DNA of 64,000 nt, from assembly GCA_016281915.1 (NCBI GenBank), contig JAEEJO010000077.1, positions 1,140 through 65,139 on the forward strand, in the 5' to 3' direction. The notes below the pieces were generated by a model. It ran no database searches. It was not told the DNA's origin and saw only the letters and a program-made list of their open reading frames with translations. This stretch comes from Clostridiales bacterium (lineage in GTDB: Bacteria > Bacillota > Clostridia > Oscillospirales > UBA644). The translations under genes were made by a program, and so were the position numbers. Below, piece after piece: positions 1 to 8,979 of this stretch; positions within the stretch are counted from its first letter, which is position 1; every line of letters starts with the position of its first letter.

Positions 1-1341
1 GCGAATATCTCTTTTCGGTATTTGTTTGAGTCTTTTATCATTTTCTTCCTCGGCCAGCTTACCGGATATTTTGCGTTTAAGATATATTCGGTTTATTCCT
101 TTATTTATGAAGGTTACAAATATCTCGAAGAGCCGACGTTAAAAACAGGGCTTCTTCTCAATATAGCTTTTTATATAATTACTGCTGTAATTCTGAGTAT
201 TTGCGTAAATGTTAAATTGAGAACGTATTCTCTTGCAACGCTTATAAGAGGCAACGAGGTGAAAAGAGAAAAACGAATCCCGCTTTACAGAGTAGTTATC
301 TTCATCATGCTTGCCATAGTCGGCGTATTCGGAATGTTTATCGCGAGCTACAAAGTTGCGGACGCAAGGATAGATGTTTACTATACGGGATTTTTTACTA
401 AAAACGTAAAAAATGTGAGTGTAAACAGATACTCCGATCCCGACGCTCCCGAAGTTGTCATAAATATAGACGAGATCGGCGAAAAAGCCGATAATGCGGT
501 GATTTTCAGATTTGCCGACACGCGATACAGGGGCGACGATCTGTTGGATGAAAGAGGAATTTACTATAACGGATATATCGATTCCGTAAATATGCTCGAA
601 GGCAGATTCTTTACCCCGGAGGAAACCGCTTCGGAGAATAATGATATCGCAGTCGTCGGAAAAGAAGTTTATAAATACGTAACGTTTGATGAGAAAGGAA
701 ACGCGTATTATTACAGCGATTATTTGGAAAAAAACTTCCGTGTTATAGGCGTTATGGGCAAAGAAGACCAGTCCACCTCCATAGACCTGATGGTGCTCTT
801 TCCGATAAAAACTGCGATAGGGGTATTGGGCCCGGAAGGTAATTACTACATAGACGGAAAAGACAAGCAGATCGTTGATAATCTTGAAAAAGCGTTTATC
901 AGCCATGCCGTTCCTACCGCAAACGTATCCTCTTTTAAATTCACCCCACGTATAACGGTGGAAGCCCCTGCCGACATACTTATTATGCTGCTGATAATAA
1001 TCATCATAAACTCGATGGTATTCTGTTTTTATTACGTATCCAAGCAGGGTCATATCCATGCGGTAAAGAAGATAATAGGATACTCTAAAACGATGATATT
1101 GACCGATACCTTTACGGACTTTCTCTTACTCTCGCTCGGCGCATTCGTAGCGGGCAACGCGTTAGTCGTTTTGCTGAAAGAAACGTTATTTGCAAACGTT
1201 CAGCTTTTCTCGATATATATGCTCGACCCATTCGTAATACTCGTTTCTCTCGCCGCGGTGATCCTCCTTACGGTGTTCCTTTCCGTAATCGCCGTAACAA
1301 AGACCTTCGCCTCCGGTAATATGAACCAATACAGATCGTAA
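1..1341 (+). CDS. FtsX-family ABC transporter permease, probably BceB-type (10-TM); the 5' end lies outside the window
   Basis: Frame 1 is open from base 1; the listed ORF 22..1341 just starts at the first TTG. It shows several TM helices, then a TM (VVIFIMLAIVGVFGMFIA), a roughly 210-aa soluble domain, and three C-terminal TM helices with an FtsX-like segment (HAVKKIIGYSKTMILTD). Confidence 0.5.
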   Translation, partial: ANISFRYLFESFIIFFLGQLTGYFAFKIYSVYSFIYEGYKYLEEPTLKTGLLLNIAFYIITAVILSICVNVKLRTYSLATLIRGNEVKREKRIPLYRVVIFIMLAIVGVFGMFIASYKVADARIDVYYTGFFTKNVKNVSVNRYSDPDAPEVVINIDEIGEKADNAVIFRFADTRYRGDDLLDERGIYYNGYIDSVNMLEGRFFTPEETASENNDIAVVGKEVYKYVTFDEKGNAYYYSDYLEKNFRVIGVMGKEDQSTSIDLMVLFPIKTAIGVLGPEGNYYIDGKDKQIVDNLEKAFISHAVPTANVSSFKFTPRITVEAPADILIMLLIIIIINSMVFCFYYVSKQGHIHAVKKIIGYSKTMILTDTFTDFLLLSLGAFVAGNALVVLLKETLFANVQLFSIYMLDPFVILVSLAAVILLTVFLSVIAVTKTFASGNMNQYRS

Positions 1342-1378
1342 ACGTAAACGACACATAAGAATAAATATTATTCCAAAA

Positions 1379-1420
1379 AGCCCCGATCGGAAAAAAGTGA
1401 TCGGGGCTCTGTTTATTTTT
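1379..1420 (+). terminator. Intrinsic terminator after the permease gene
   Basis: Stem AGCCCCGATC / GATCGGGGCT with a 10-nt loop, followed by CTGTTTATTTTT. Confidence 0.7.
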
Positions 1421-1473
1421 CACCGTCCTTTTTTGAAATAAAATAATAAAATGTAATATTTTTTTTAACTGTG

Positions 1474-1502
1474 TTGATTTTTAAGAATCGATGTGATATA
1501 AT
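1474..1502 (+). promoter_or_regulatory. Sigma-A-type promoter for the Na/Pi transporter gene
   Basis: TTGATT, 17 bp, TATAAT, with an extended TGa just upstream of the -10. Confidence 0.55.
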
Positions 1503-1561
1503 ACTGATCATAATGGGGTAATTTGAATTTAAATATAAAAAAGCGTAAAAAAGGAGAATGT

Positions 1562-3310
1562 ATGGATATTTTTTCTGTCACAACCATGCTCGGAGGACTT
1601 GCCTTTTTCCTCTACGGCATGCGATTACTTTCAGACAGTCTTGAAAAATCCTATAACGGAGACCTCAACAAAAACCTTAAAGCCGTTACAAAAAACAAGT
1701 TTTTCACAATTCTTTTCGGTATCGGACTGACTGTTGCGGTCCAGTCCTCTTCAGCCGTCACGGTAATGCTTGTCGGTCTCGTTAACTCCGGTATTATTGA
1801 GTTCGGAGATACGATCGGAGTAATGATGGGCTCAAACATCGGCACGACCCTCACCGCATGGATACTTTCTCTTGCCGGACTTCAGGGTGACGCATGGTGG
1901 ATCAATATTCTTAAGCCCGCCAATTTCTCACCGATTCTCGCTTTTGTCGGTATTCTTATTACCATGATAAGTAAAAGACAAAAGACCAGAAATATCGGTT
2001 CCGTCCTTCTCGGTTTTTCGATCCTTCTCTTCGGTATGACCGTTATGTCCGATTCCATGGCACCATTAACCGAGATCGAAGAATTCAGAAATATTCTTAC
2101 TGCTTTCAAAAATCCCGTGCTCGCTGTTTTTGTCGGAGCGATTTTTACGGGAATTATCCAGAGCTCTGCCGCATCAGTAGCTATACTCCAGGCGTTCTCC
2201 ATCTCGGGTGGTATAACATACGGTATGGCAATCCCTCTCATCATGGGGCTTAATATAGGCACCTGCGTAACAGCGCTTTTATCGAGTATAGGAGTAAGCA
2301 AAAACGCAAAAAAAGTTGCAGTAACGCATCTTAGCATTAAAATTATCGGCACGCTTATCTTCCTTATTCCTTTTTACATACTCGACGCGATATTCAACTT
2401 CGCCTTCATTGATCTTGAGATCACGCCTTTTATGATAGCCGTTATCCACAGTATATTCAACGTGGCAACCACCATTGTATTGCTTCCGTTTACTAAACAG
2501 CTTGAAGCTCTTACAAACAAGCTTGTTCCCGGCGGAGAAAAAAGCGACGGTTTCCGTATCGTACTTGACGACAGACTTCTTGCCATGCCTTCTGTTGCCG
2601 TAGAAAGGTCCCTCGAAACCGTTATAGACATGTCCGATCTTTCCATGCAGGCGTTCCTTGAATCTGTTGAGATCCTTTTTGATTACGACGATAACAAGGC
2701 TGAGCAGATCCTTGAAATGGAAGAAAAGATCGATAAATATGAAGACTATCTCGGAACGTTCATGATGAAGCTGTCTAAAATCAGTCTTTCCGATGCGGAC
2801 ACCAAAAACGTAACAAAGATCCTTCATACAATAGACGATTTCGAACGAATAGGTGACCATGCAGTTAACCTTGTTGACGTAGCCCGTGAAATACACGAGA
2901 AAAAAGTAGAGTTTTCACCCGATGCCGCAAAGGAAATCAAGGTTATAACCGCTGCAATGCGTGAAATAGTCGAGATGACTTCACAGTGCTTCAGAACGAA
3001 CGACCCGATCCTCGCATCGAATGTAGAGCCGCTTGAACAGGTAATTGACGGACTGAAACTGAATATCAAGAAAAACCATATTATGCGTCTTCAGACCGGA
3101 GCCTGCACGATAAATCACGGCTTTGTGCTCAACGATATGATAACAAATTACGGCAGAGTATCCGACCACTGCTCAAACGTTGCAGTCGCAGTCATTGAAT
3201 CAGGACACGGCACCTTCGGAACGCACGAATATCTCAATTCTGTCAAGAATCATAACAATGAGGATTTCGAAAAGAAATTCAACGATTACAGCGAACGGTT
3301 CGCTATATGA
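1562..3310 (+). CDS. Na/Pi cotransporter family protein with a C-terminal PhoU-like domain
   Basis: Duplicated QSSSA motifs (AVQSSSAVTVML, IIQSSAASVAIL) sit in a polytopic N-terminal half. The C-terminal half is soluble with PhoU-like DDFERIGDHAVNL / RVSDHCSNVA. Start moved to the ATG at 1562, which is preceded by AAAGGAG. Confidence 0.85.
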   Translation: MDIFSVTTMLGGLAFFLYGMRLLSDSLEKSYNGDLNKNLKAVTKNKFFTILFGIGLTVAVQSSSAVTVMLVGLVNSGIIEFGDTIGVMMGSNIGTTLTAWILSLAGLQGDAWWINILKPANFSPILAFVGILITMISKRQKTRNIGSVLLGFSILLFGMTVMSDSMAPLTEIEEFRNILTAFKNPVLAVFVGAIFTGIIQSSAASVAILQAFSISGGITYGMAIPLIMGLNIGTCVTALLSSIGVSKNAKKVAVTHLSIKIIGTLIFLIPFYILDAIFNFAFIDLEITPFMIAVIHSIFNVATTIVLLPFTKQLEALTNKLVPGGEKSDGFRIVLDDRLLAMPSVAVERSLETVIDMSDLSMQAFLESVEILFDYDDNKAEQILEMEEKIDKYEDYLGTFMMKLSKISLSDADTKNVTKILHTIDDFERIGDHAVNLVDVAREIHEKKVEFSPDAAKEIKVITAAMREIVEMTSQCFRTNDPILASNVEPLEQVIDGLKLNIKKNHIMRLQTGACTINHGFVLNDMITNYGRVSDHCSNVAVAVIESGHGTFGTHEYLNSVKNHNNEDFEKKFNDYSERFAI

Positions 3311-3325
3311 TATCGATCAAATAAT

Positions 3326-3361
3326 AAAACGGTGAGACCAGAAAGTCTCACCGTTTTTTTT
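3326..3361. terminator. Bidirectional intrinsic terminator between convergent genes
   Basis: AAAACGGTGAGAC / GTCTCACCGTTTT stem flanked by an A-run and a T-run. Confidence 0.8.
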
Positions 3362-3375
3362 AGAATCAAAACTGA

Positions 3376-3756
3376 TTATTCTGCTTTTTTCTCTTCTTCT
3401 GCGGGTTCTTCTTTCTTTCTGAGCGATCTTGCCTTGTTCAGCGCTTTAACAACGATGAATAGGAAGAGGGCTGTTAGAAGGAAGTTGATGATAAGCTCAA
3501 TGAGGTTGCCGTATGCGATGATTGTTGCGCCGTTTGCGGTTGCTTCCTCAAGAGTAGCTCCTTCGCCTTTGAGAAGTATAAACATCTCCTGGAAATTCGT
3601 CTTGCCTGTCAGAAGGCTTACGATCGGCATCAGTATATCGTTAACAACGCTGTTTACTATCTTTGTGAACATGCCGCCGATAACCATACCGATAGCCAGA
3701 TCCATTACGCTACCTTTTGAGATGAATTCTTTAAATTCGCCGAAAAATTTTTTCAT
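3376..3756 (-). CDS. mscL: Large-conductance mechanosensitive channel
   Basis: 126 aa, N-terminus MKKFFGEFKEFISKGSVMDLAIGMVIGGMFTKIV, two TM helices and a charged C-terminal tail. This is the typical MscL pattern. Confidence 0.95.
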   Translation of the reverse strand: MKKFFGEFKEFISKGSVMDLAIGMVIGGMFTKIVNSVVNDILMPIVSLLTGKTNFQEMFILLKGEGATLEEATANGATIIAYGNLIELIINFLLTALFLFIVVKALNKARSLRKKEEPAEEEKKAE

Positions 3757-3778
3757 GTCTGATTCTCCGTTTCTGAAT

Positions 3779-5047
3779 TTATTTTATTTTTTTTGCTTCA
3801 ACATAAAACCGTTTGTCGTCTGCTTCGCCCATCGAAAACGTCTTTCTGGGCAACACACCCACGAGCATTACCATATCAAACAGGTCGCTCTTGGATATCG
3901 ACGGCATCAGTATCGCAATGTTGCCCGGTTTTTTTCCGAGCTCTATTGCCACGCCGTCGCCGTGAATATAGTCGATCTTGGCTTCGGTATCAACGTTTTT
4001 AAGATAGTAGTCAAGAAATTCCTGAACACTCGCTATCGGAAGCTTTGAATCTGCATTGAACAGCTCATATACGTGGTCATTTTCTTCCGAAACGGTAACG
4101 AAGTCGTTGAATTCGTCAATATCGCAAACGTCCTCTTTAATCGTCTCTCCGAAATACTTGAGAAGCTCTTCTCTGAACATCGCAGTGTCTGTTCCGTAAA
4201 TAATTCTGTGGACCGGTTCAAAGTTAAGCGATGTATCGTGAATGTTTACCACTTCAGCAAGCGCAAAGCGGGCAGGGTGGCACTTTCTTTCTTCTTCCGA
4301 AAGAGTCTTTTTCAGCTCTTCCCAGCATGTTTTTGCTGTTGCGAGAGAATGGTTTCCGTCACCTACGGCAAAAAGTATCGGCGCTTTTTCTCCTGCATGT
4401 GCTTCTGTCCTTGAAAGCAGGGCGTCAAATTCTTTTTCGATAAATTCCTTCGCTGCGTCTCCTACGTCCCATCCCGAGATGTATCCGCTGTTTTTCATCA
4501 GTTTGAAATCGTATATTTTATGCATCTGTGTCTTGAATTTTTCAAGACCTGAGAAGATAACGTTGCCGGGATCGTCAAACAGGATCATGATATGCGGCAG
4601 TTCAAGCGGCGCATTCCTGCGGATCTTTACTCTCGGAGGTATCCGCTCTGTTACAGTCTTTTCCGTTGCTCTTATCATCGACGTGGAATCAGGTGCGAAG
4701 TCATATTCTTCAAGATCAACAACTCCGACAATTCCCTGTCTGACGTTGTCTGAACGCAGTGTTCTTTCAATGTAGATAAAAGTGTTTTTATATTCGTTAA
4801 AGATACCTTCGTCAAGATATCTTTGCATCGTTTCGTTTATTCTGTCAACACGGCTGTCAACGTCGTCACATTCAAGATATACTTCCGGAAGCGTTATCTT
4901 TAACGTGCTCGGAGCGTCTCCCACGATCTTTTCCGCATCCTGCCAGTAGGCAATATCGGACGTATACTGATCGCACGCTATAACACTCCATTTTTCAAGA
5001 TCCGTTTTCGGCAGCAGTATGTTTGCAGGGTAAAATGGGGCTTTCAT
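3779..5047 (-). CDS. DUF1015 domain-containing protein
   Basis: 422 aa and soluble. The N-terminal FYPANILLP...VIACDQYTS pattern and the length match my recollection of the DUF1015 family. Confidence 0.6.
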   Translation of the reverse strand: MKAPFYPANILLPKTDLEKWSVIACDQYTSDIAYWQDAEKIVGDAPSTLKITLPEVYLECDDVDSRVDRINETMQRYLDEGIFNEYKNTFIYIERTLRSDNVRQGIVGVVDLEEYDFAPDSTSMIRATEKTVTERIPPRVKIRRNAPLELPHIMILFDDPGNVIFSGLEKFKTQMHKIYDFKLMKNSGYISGWDVGDAAKEFIEKEFDALLSRTEAHAGEKAPILFAVGDGNHSLATAKTCWEELKKTLSEEERKCHPARFALAEVVNIHDTSLNFEPVHRIIYGTDTAMFREELLKYFGETIKEDVCDIDEFNDFVTVSEENDHVYELFNADSKLPIASVQEFLDYYLKNVDTEAKIDYIHGDGVAIELGKKPGNIAILMPSISKSDLFDMVMLVGVLPRKTFSMGEADDKRFYVEAKKIK

Positions 5048-5264
5048 AAAAATCTCCTGTGTTCTTTCGGTTTTCCCGATTACATTAATTATATCGTTAT
5101 TTTTTTATTCATATGTGTCATTTTAAGGAATTTTATTGAAAGAAACAGGCACAAAAGGCCTTTCCGTCCGTTTGTCCTGATTGAAACGGCATCTTTTCAT
5201 TGCAGCGTTACCGCATCGTCACTCGCATGATCCATTTGGAACAAAAAATTTACAAAGAAAAGTA

Positions 5265-5293
5265 TTGATATTTACACTCAATGATGATATAAT
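5265..5293 (+). promoter_or_regulatory. Sigma-A-type promoter
   Basis: TTGATA, 17 bp, TATAAT with an extended TGa. It lies upstream of the zinc-ribbon/flippase gene pair. Confidence 0.55.
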
Positions 5294-5338
5294 ATATTAA
5301 AATATTAAAACAATTTACAATTGAAAGGAGTCCGTTTT

Positions 5339-5731
5339 ATGGATAAAAACAACATAAATACGGAAGAGATAATCAATAAAGGTAAAGAACTTACCGATGC
5401 GGCTTATCAGAAAAGTCTTGAAGTTATAGAAAGAACAAAGATCAGGTTCAAACTTCAGGAAGCCAGAAACCGTCAGAGACGTGCGTATGCTGAACTTGGT
5501 AAAGCTGCTTTCGAGCTTATTAAATCCGGAGAGATCAAACCTGACGAAAAAATGAAGAGCATCGAATCCGAGCTTGATACCGCCAACTATACGGTCAAGC
5601 TTCTTATGCGCGAGCTTAACGAGCTTCGCGGAGCGGCAGTATGCCCGAAATGCGGCACGGTAAATCCCGAAAAAGCAAAATACTGCTCAGAATGCGCAAG
5701 TCCGCTTCATGAAGAGCCGGAAATAAACTGA
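5339..5731 (+). CDS. Coiled-coil protein with a C-terminal zinc ribbon
   Basis: CPKCG...(11 aa)...CSECA at the C-terminus, with heptad-like helical N-terminal two-thirds. Start taken at ATG 5339 after GAAAGGAG. The stop overlaps the next gene's start (TGATG). Confidence 0.7.
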   Translation: MDKNNINTEEIINKGKELTDAAYQKSLEVIERTKIRFKLQEARNRQRRAYAELGKAAFELIKSGEIKPDEKMKSIESELDTANYTVKLLMRELNELRGAAVCPKCGTVNPEKAKYCSECASPLHEEPEIN

Positions 5732-7317
5732 TGTCGGACAGAAAACAAAGCGTTGCCTACGGCGCCCTGGTCCTTTCGGTGTCGGGATTCCTTGTAAAGC
5801 TTGTCGGCGCTGTTTTCAGGATCCCACTTACAAACCTTGTCGGCGCAGCTGCAATGAGCTACTTTACGTCCGCATACAGTATCTATGTTTTTTTGCTCGC
5901 AATCGCCACCTCCGGGCTTCCAACCGGAATCGCTACCATGGTTTCGCGTTCTCTTGCTCTTGAAAAGTATAAGGACGTTCCGAGAATAATGAAAATCGCC
6001 GCTATGATCTTTGTTCCTCTCGGCATTTGCCTTGCTTTACTCGGCTTCGTGTTTGCAATGCCGCTTGCCGAAGCAATGAACAGCAAAGAAGCGTACTGGT
6101 CTGTTGCGGCAATTATGCCGGCAATAATCTGCATTTCCATCGTTTCCCTGTTTAAGGGCTTTTTCCAGGGTTATAGAAATATGACCCCGACCGCCTTATC
6201 AAATCTTATTGAAGCAATAGTAAAGCTTCTTGCAGGCTACGGTATCGCTTTTATCCTTCACGGCCGCGGTTATCCTCTTGAGATCGTGGTCGGCGGCGCA
6301 GTCCTCGGCGTTTCTGTCAGCACCCTGGTAGCTATGCTTTTTATGACCCTTCGCTACATACTTCGCGGAAAAAGCTACCGTATGCCACCGAAGGAGCTTG
6401 TGTCTGATGCGCAGACCCCGCTGAAAAAACTGACGCGCGATTTCCTTATTATTTCCCTTCCACTTATCATCAGCTCAGTCACGGCGAACCTTATGAGCCT
6501 TGTTGACGCTTTCGTTGTTATGAACCGTCTCAAGGTCTACCTTCCCGTTGAGCAGTCGAAACTTTTATGGGGCGCATACGGAAATATGGCGCTGACGATC
6601 TTCAACCTGCCGTCCTTCCTTATTACCGCTATCGGCATGAGCCTTATCCCTGCCGTCGCCGCAGCGCACGCAAAGAAGGATCATAACAGTATCCTTAAAA
6701 CATCAAACGATACCTTGAGGTTTTCGTCAATCCTAGCTTTCGGCAGCGCATTCGGACTTAACGCAGTCTCCGAACCTGTCCTTAAACTTTTTTATCCCGG
6801 AGATCCGTCTGGCGTTGCCGCAGCAACTCCGCTTTTGCAGATAATATCTTTTGCCCTTATTGCCGTAGGACTTACAAACATTACCGCATCTATCCTTCAG
6901 GCTGTCGGCAAAACATATCTTCCGGTCATTTCCGTAGCGGTAGGGGCTGTAATTAAAACCGTCAGCACACTTATTCTTGTCAGCATACCGTCTGTCAACG
7001 TTCTCGGAGCTCCGATAGCAACAAATATCGCTTATCCCGTTATGTTTATAATGAACATATTTTTCATTCGAAAACAGCTCGGTTTTGTGCCTGAATGGAA
7101 GAACGTTATCTTCAAGCCCCTCGTTTCCGGAGTGGTCTGTTGGGGCGCCGCAAAACTGTTTTTGATGCTATTTGAAATGATGCTTCCTCAGAGAATTGCG
7201 ATTTTCCCCGCAATTATATGTGCAATATTAGCATATTTTGCCTTTATGTTGATTATAAATTTGGTAAGTTTTAATGAATTTAAGGATTTTTTGCTGAAAA
7301 GAAGAAATAACGCTTGA
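5731..7317 (+). CDS. MOP-superfamily flippase (MurJ/SpoVB/YabM-like polysaccharide or lipid II flippase)
   Basis: 528 aa with about 14 TM helices. Its position upstream of the hup/S4/divIC/S1 cluster mirrors B. subtilis yabM. Confidence 0.75.
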   Translation: MSDRKQSVAYGALVLSVSGFLVKLVGAVFRIPLTNLVGAAAMSYFTSAYSIYVFLLAIATSGLPTGIATMVSRSLALEKYKDVPRIMKIAAMIFVPLGICLALLGFVFAMPLAEAMNSKEAYWSVAAIMPAIICISIVSLFKGFFQGYRNMTPTALSNLIEAIVKLLAGYGIAFILHGRGYPLEIVVGGAVLGVSVSTLVAMLFMTLRYILRGKSYRMPPKELVSDAQTPLKKLTRDFLIISLPLIISSVTANLMSLVDAFVVMNRLKVYLPVEQSKLLWGAYGNMALTIFNLPSFLITAIGMSLIPAVAAAHAKKDHNSILKTSNDTLRFSSILAFGSAFGLNAVSEPVLKLFYPGDPSGVAAATPLLQIISFALIAVGLTNITASILQAVGKTYLPVISVAVGAVIKTVSTLILVSIPSVNVLGAPIATNIAYPVMFIMNIFFIRKQLGFVPEWKNVIFKPLVSGVVCWGAAKLFLMLFEMMLPQRIAIFPAIICAILAYFAFMLIINLVSFNEFKDFLLKRRNNA

Positions 7318-7342
7318 AAAATTGCCGAAAAAGGTGTAAAAT
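7314..7342 (+). promoter_or_regulatory. Sigma-A-type promoter for hup
   Basis: TTGAAA, 17 bp, TAAAAT, located at the 3' end of the flippase gene. Confidence 0.5.
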
Positions 7343-7385
7343 AGTAAAAGAAAATATATTTCTAACAATTTTTGGAGGTACACAA

Positions 7386-7661
7386 ATGAATAAAAACGTA
7401 ATTGTCTACGAGGTAGCAGAAAAAACAGGCATGTCTAAAAAAGACACCGCCAAGGTTATCGACGCTTTCATCGACAGCATCACTGCCGCTCTCAAAGCAG
7501 GTGATAAAGTTCAGCTCGTAGGTTTCGGTTGCTTTGAAGTTCGCGAAAGAGCAGCAAGAGAAGGAAGAAATCCCCAGAAGCCCGATGAAAAGATCGCAAT
7601 CCCTGCAACAAAAGTTCCTGTATTCAAAGCAGGCAAAGTTCTTCGCGAGGAAATCAAATAA
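7386..7661 (+). CDS. hup: HU family DNA-binding protein
   Basis: 91 aa; MNKNVIVYEVAEKTGMSKKDTAKVIDAF...GFGCFEVRERAAREGRNPQ...IPATKVPVFKAGK is the canonical HU pattern. Start at ATG 7386 after GGAGG; the listed 7314 start is upstream of the RBS and overlaps the promoter. Confidence 0.95.
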   Translation: MNKNVIVYEVAEKTGMSKKDTAKVIDAFIDSITAALKAGDKVQLVGFGCFEVRERAAREGRNPQKPDEKIAIPATKVPVFKAGKVLREEIK

Positions 7662-7667
7662 TATAAA

Positions 7668-7913
7668 GTGCGGCTGGATAAGTTTCTTAAAGTATCACGT
7701 CTCATAAAGAGGCGTACCGTCGCAAACGAGGCGTGCTCCGGCTCACACGTTACCGTAAACGGCAAAACGGCTAAGCCCGCTTATGACCTTAAAGTCGGTG
7801 ATATAATCGAGCTTTACCTCGGTGGCAAAACATCGAGATTCGAAGTTCTGTCCATTTCGGAACACGCATCAAAGGAAAATGCGTCACAGATGTATCGCGC
7901 ATTGACCGATTGA
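7668..7913 (+). CDS. S4-domain RNA-binding protein (YabO/Hsp15-like)
   Basis: MRLDKFLKVSRLIKRRTVANEACSGSHVTVNGKTAKPAYDLKVGDII is an S4 fold signature; 81 aa. Confidence 0.85.
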   Translation: MRLDKFLKVSRLIKRRTVANEACSGSHVTVNGKTAKPAYDLKVGDIIELYLGGKTSRFEVLSISEHASKENASQMYRALTD

Positions 7914-7925
7914 ATCATCAATAAT

Positions 7926-7961
7926 AAAATACTCTGCATCGGCTGTATGCAGAGTATTTTT
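7926..7961 (+). terminator. Intrinsic terminator
   Basis: AAAATACTCTGCAT / ATGCAGAGTATTTT 14-bp stem with a 7-nt loop and a T tail. Confidence 0.8.
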
Positions 7962-8074
7962 AACTTCTTGCTGTTTATTCTCTGCTGAAAGTATGACAAC
8001 TCAGATATATATCGATTTATAGCTTAATTGTCAAGAAAAGTTCGCAAATGACACAAAAAAAATGGTCTAAATGC

Positions 8075-8103
8075 TTGCAATCAAGCCAAAAATATGATAT
8101 AAT
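8075..8103 (+). promoter_or_regulatory. Sigma-A-type promoter for the divIC-like gene
   Basis: TTGCAA, 17 bp, TATAAT with an extended TGa. It lies inside the longest listed ORF (8048), which argues for the 8135 start. Confidence 0.55.
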
Positions 8104-8134
8104 AGCAAAAGACGATAAAGAAGGATGGGGGATT

Positions 8135-8410
8135 ATGTCGAAAACAAGCATGTTCATAAGACTTTTGCTGTTTGTTATTGCGGCAGCATCTGTCATCAGT
8201 CTTATTTTTATGCAGCTTGATATTTACGATAAAGAGCGTGAGATCGCGCTCGTCACTGAGCGTATAAAAGAACAGCGCATTCGCAACAGTGAACTTGCCG
8301 ATCTTCTTGCAGACGGCAACGAAGACGACTTTTACCGCACGATTGCGGAAGATAACCTCGGTTTCGGTCAGAACGACGAAAAAATTTATAAAGATATCTC
8401 AGGTAACTGA
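8135..8410 (+). CDS. Septum formation initiator family protein (DivIC/FtsB-like)
   Basis: 91 aa with one N-terminal TM (FIRLLLFVIAAASVISLIFM) followed by a coiled coil. Its position between the S4 and S1 genes matches the divIC locus of Bacillota. Confidence 0.65.
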   Translation: MSKTSMFIRLLLFVIAAASVISLIFMQLDIYDKEREIALVTERIKEQRIRNSELADLLADGNEDDFYRTIAEDNLGFGQNDEKIYKDISGN

Positions 8411-8427
8411 CAGGAGGAAATTTCCAC

Positions 8428-8802
8428 ATGTCCATAGATGTCGGAAATATCTATGAAGGTACCGTTACGGGACTTTCAAAATTCGGCGCATTTGTTAAAC
8501 TGCCCGGAGGAAAAAGCGGACTGGTCCACATCTCCGAAGTTTCAGATGGGTATGTTAAGGACATAACCGAGCATCTTGCCGAAGGCAGTGCCGTTCGCGT
8601 TAAAGTCATTTCCATAGATGAAAAGGGCAGGATAAACCTTTCCATCAAAAAAGCATCTGAAGACGCTCCGGCTCCCGCCAGAAAGCCTGTTTCTTTTGAG
8701 GATATGCTTTCAAAGTTCAAACAGGAAAGCGACGATAAATTCGCTGACTTTAAAATGAGCAAAGAAAACAGACGCAACGATTACGCAAAAAGAAGAAAAT
8801 AA
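8428..8802 (+). CDS. S1 RNA-binding domain protein (YabR/YugI-like)
   Basis: GNIYEGTVTGLSKFGAFVKLPGGKSGLVHISEVSDGYVKDI is a classic S1 domain, followed by a basic tail. Confidence 0.85.
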   Translation: MSIDVGNIYEGTVTGLSKFGAFVKLPGGKSGLVHISEVSDGYVKDITEHLAEGSAVRVKVISIDEKGRINLSIKKASEDAPAPARKPVSFEDMLSKFKQESDDKFADFKMSKENRRNDYAKRRK

Positions 8803-8822
8803 CAGTATTAATTATGTATACG

Positions 8823-8852
8823 AACCGCAAAAGATTTTCTTTTGCGGTTTTT
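8823..8852 (+). terminator. Intrinsic terminator
   Basis: ACCGCAAAAG / CTTTTGCGGT stem followed by TTTT. Confidence 0.75.
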
Positions 8853-8979
8853 GTAGTTTTGGAATCGAAATAAAGGGATCCGTTTTCTTTTACCTGATTT
8901 TGAATTATTATTTATATTTACGCCACAATTTTATTGTATATTAAACGTGAATCGAATCTGAACGGAGAATCTGAAAATT

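Noticed and set aside
1523-1561. Longest-ORF N-terminal extensions for many genes, with listed starts at 1523, 5321, 7314, 8048, 10322, 11091, 24536, 29960, 30161, 39211, 46156, 55343 and 61903.
   Set aside because: In each case a downstream ATG has a properly spaced GGAG-type RBS. In several cases (7314, 8048, 10322, 24536, 29960, 55343) the extension also overlaps or precedes the predicted promoter hexamers.
3332-4048. A 238-aa plus-strand ORF spanning the mscL and DUF1015 genes in antisense.
   Set aside because: It starts inside a bidirectional terminator hairpin, crosses an intergenic region, and overlaps two well-supported minus-strand genes.
7914-8134. Absence of yabP/yabQ (and mazG/spoVT) from the yabM-to-yabR-type cluster, considered as a possible deletion scar.
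   Set aside because: The gap contains only a clean terminator and promoter and no gene remnants. Loss of these sporulation-linked genes is common in Clostridia lineages, so I do not consider it informative on its own.
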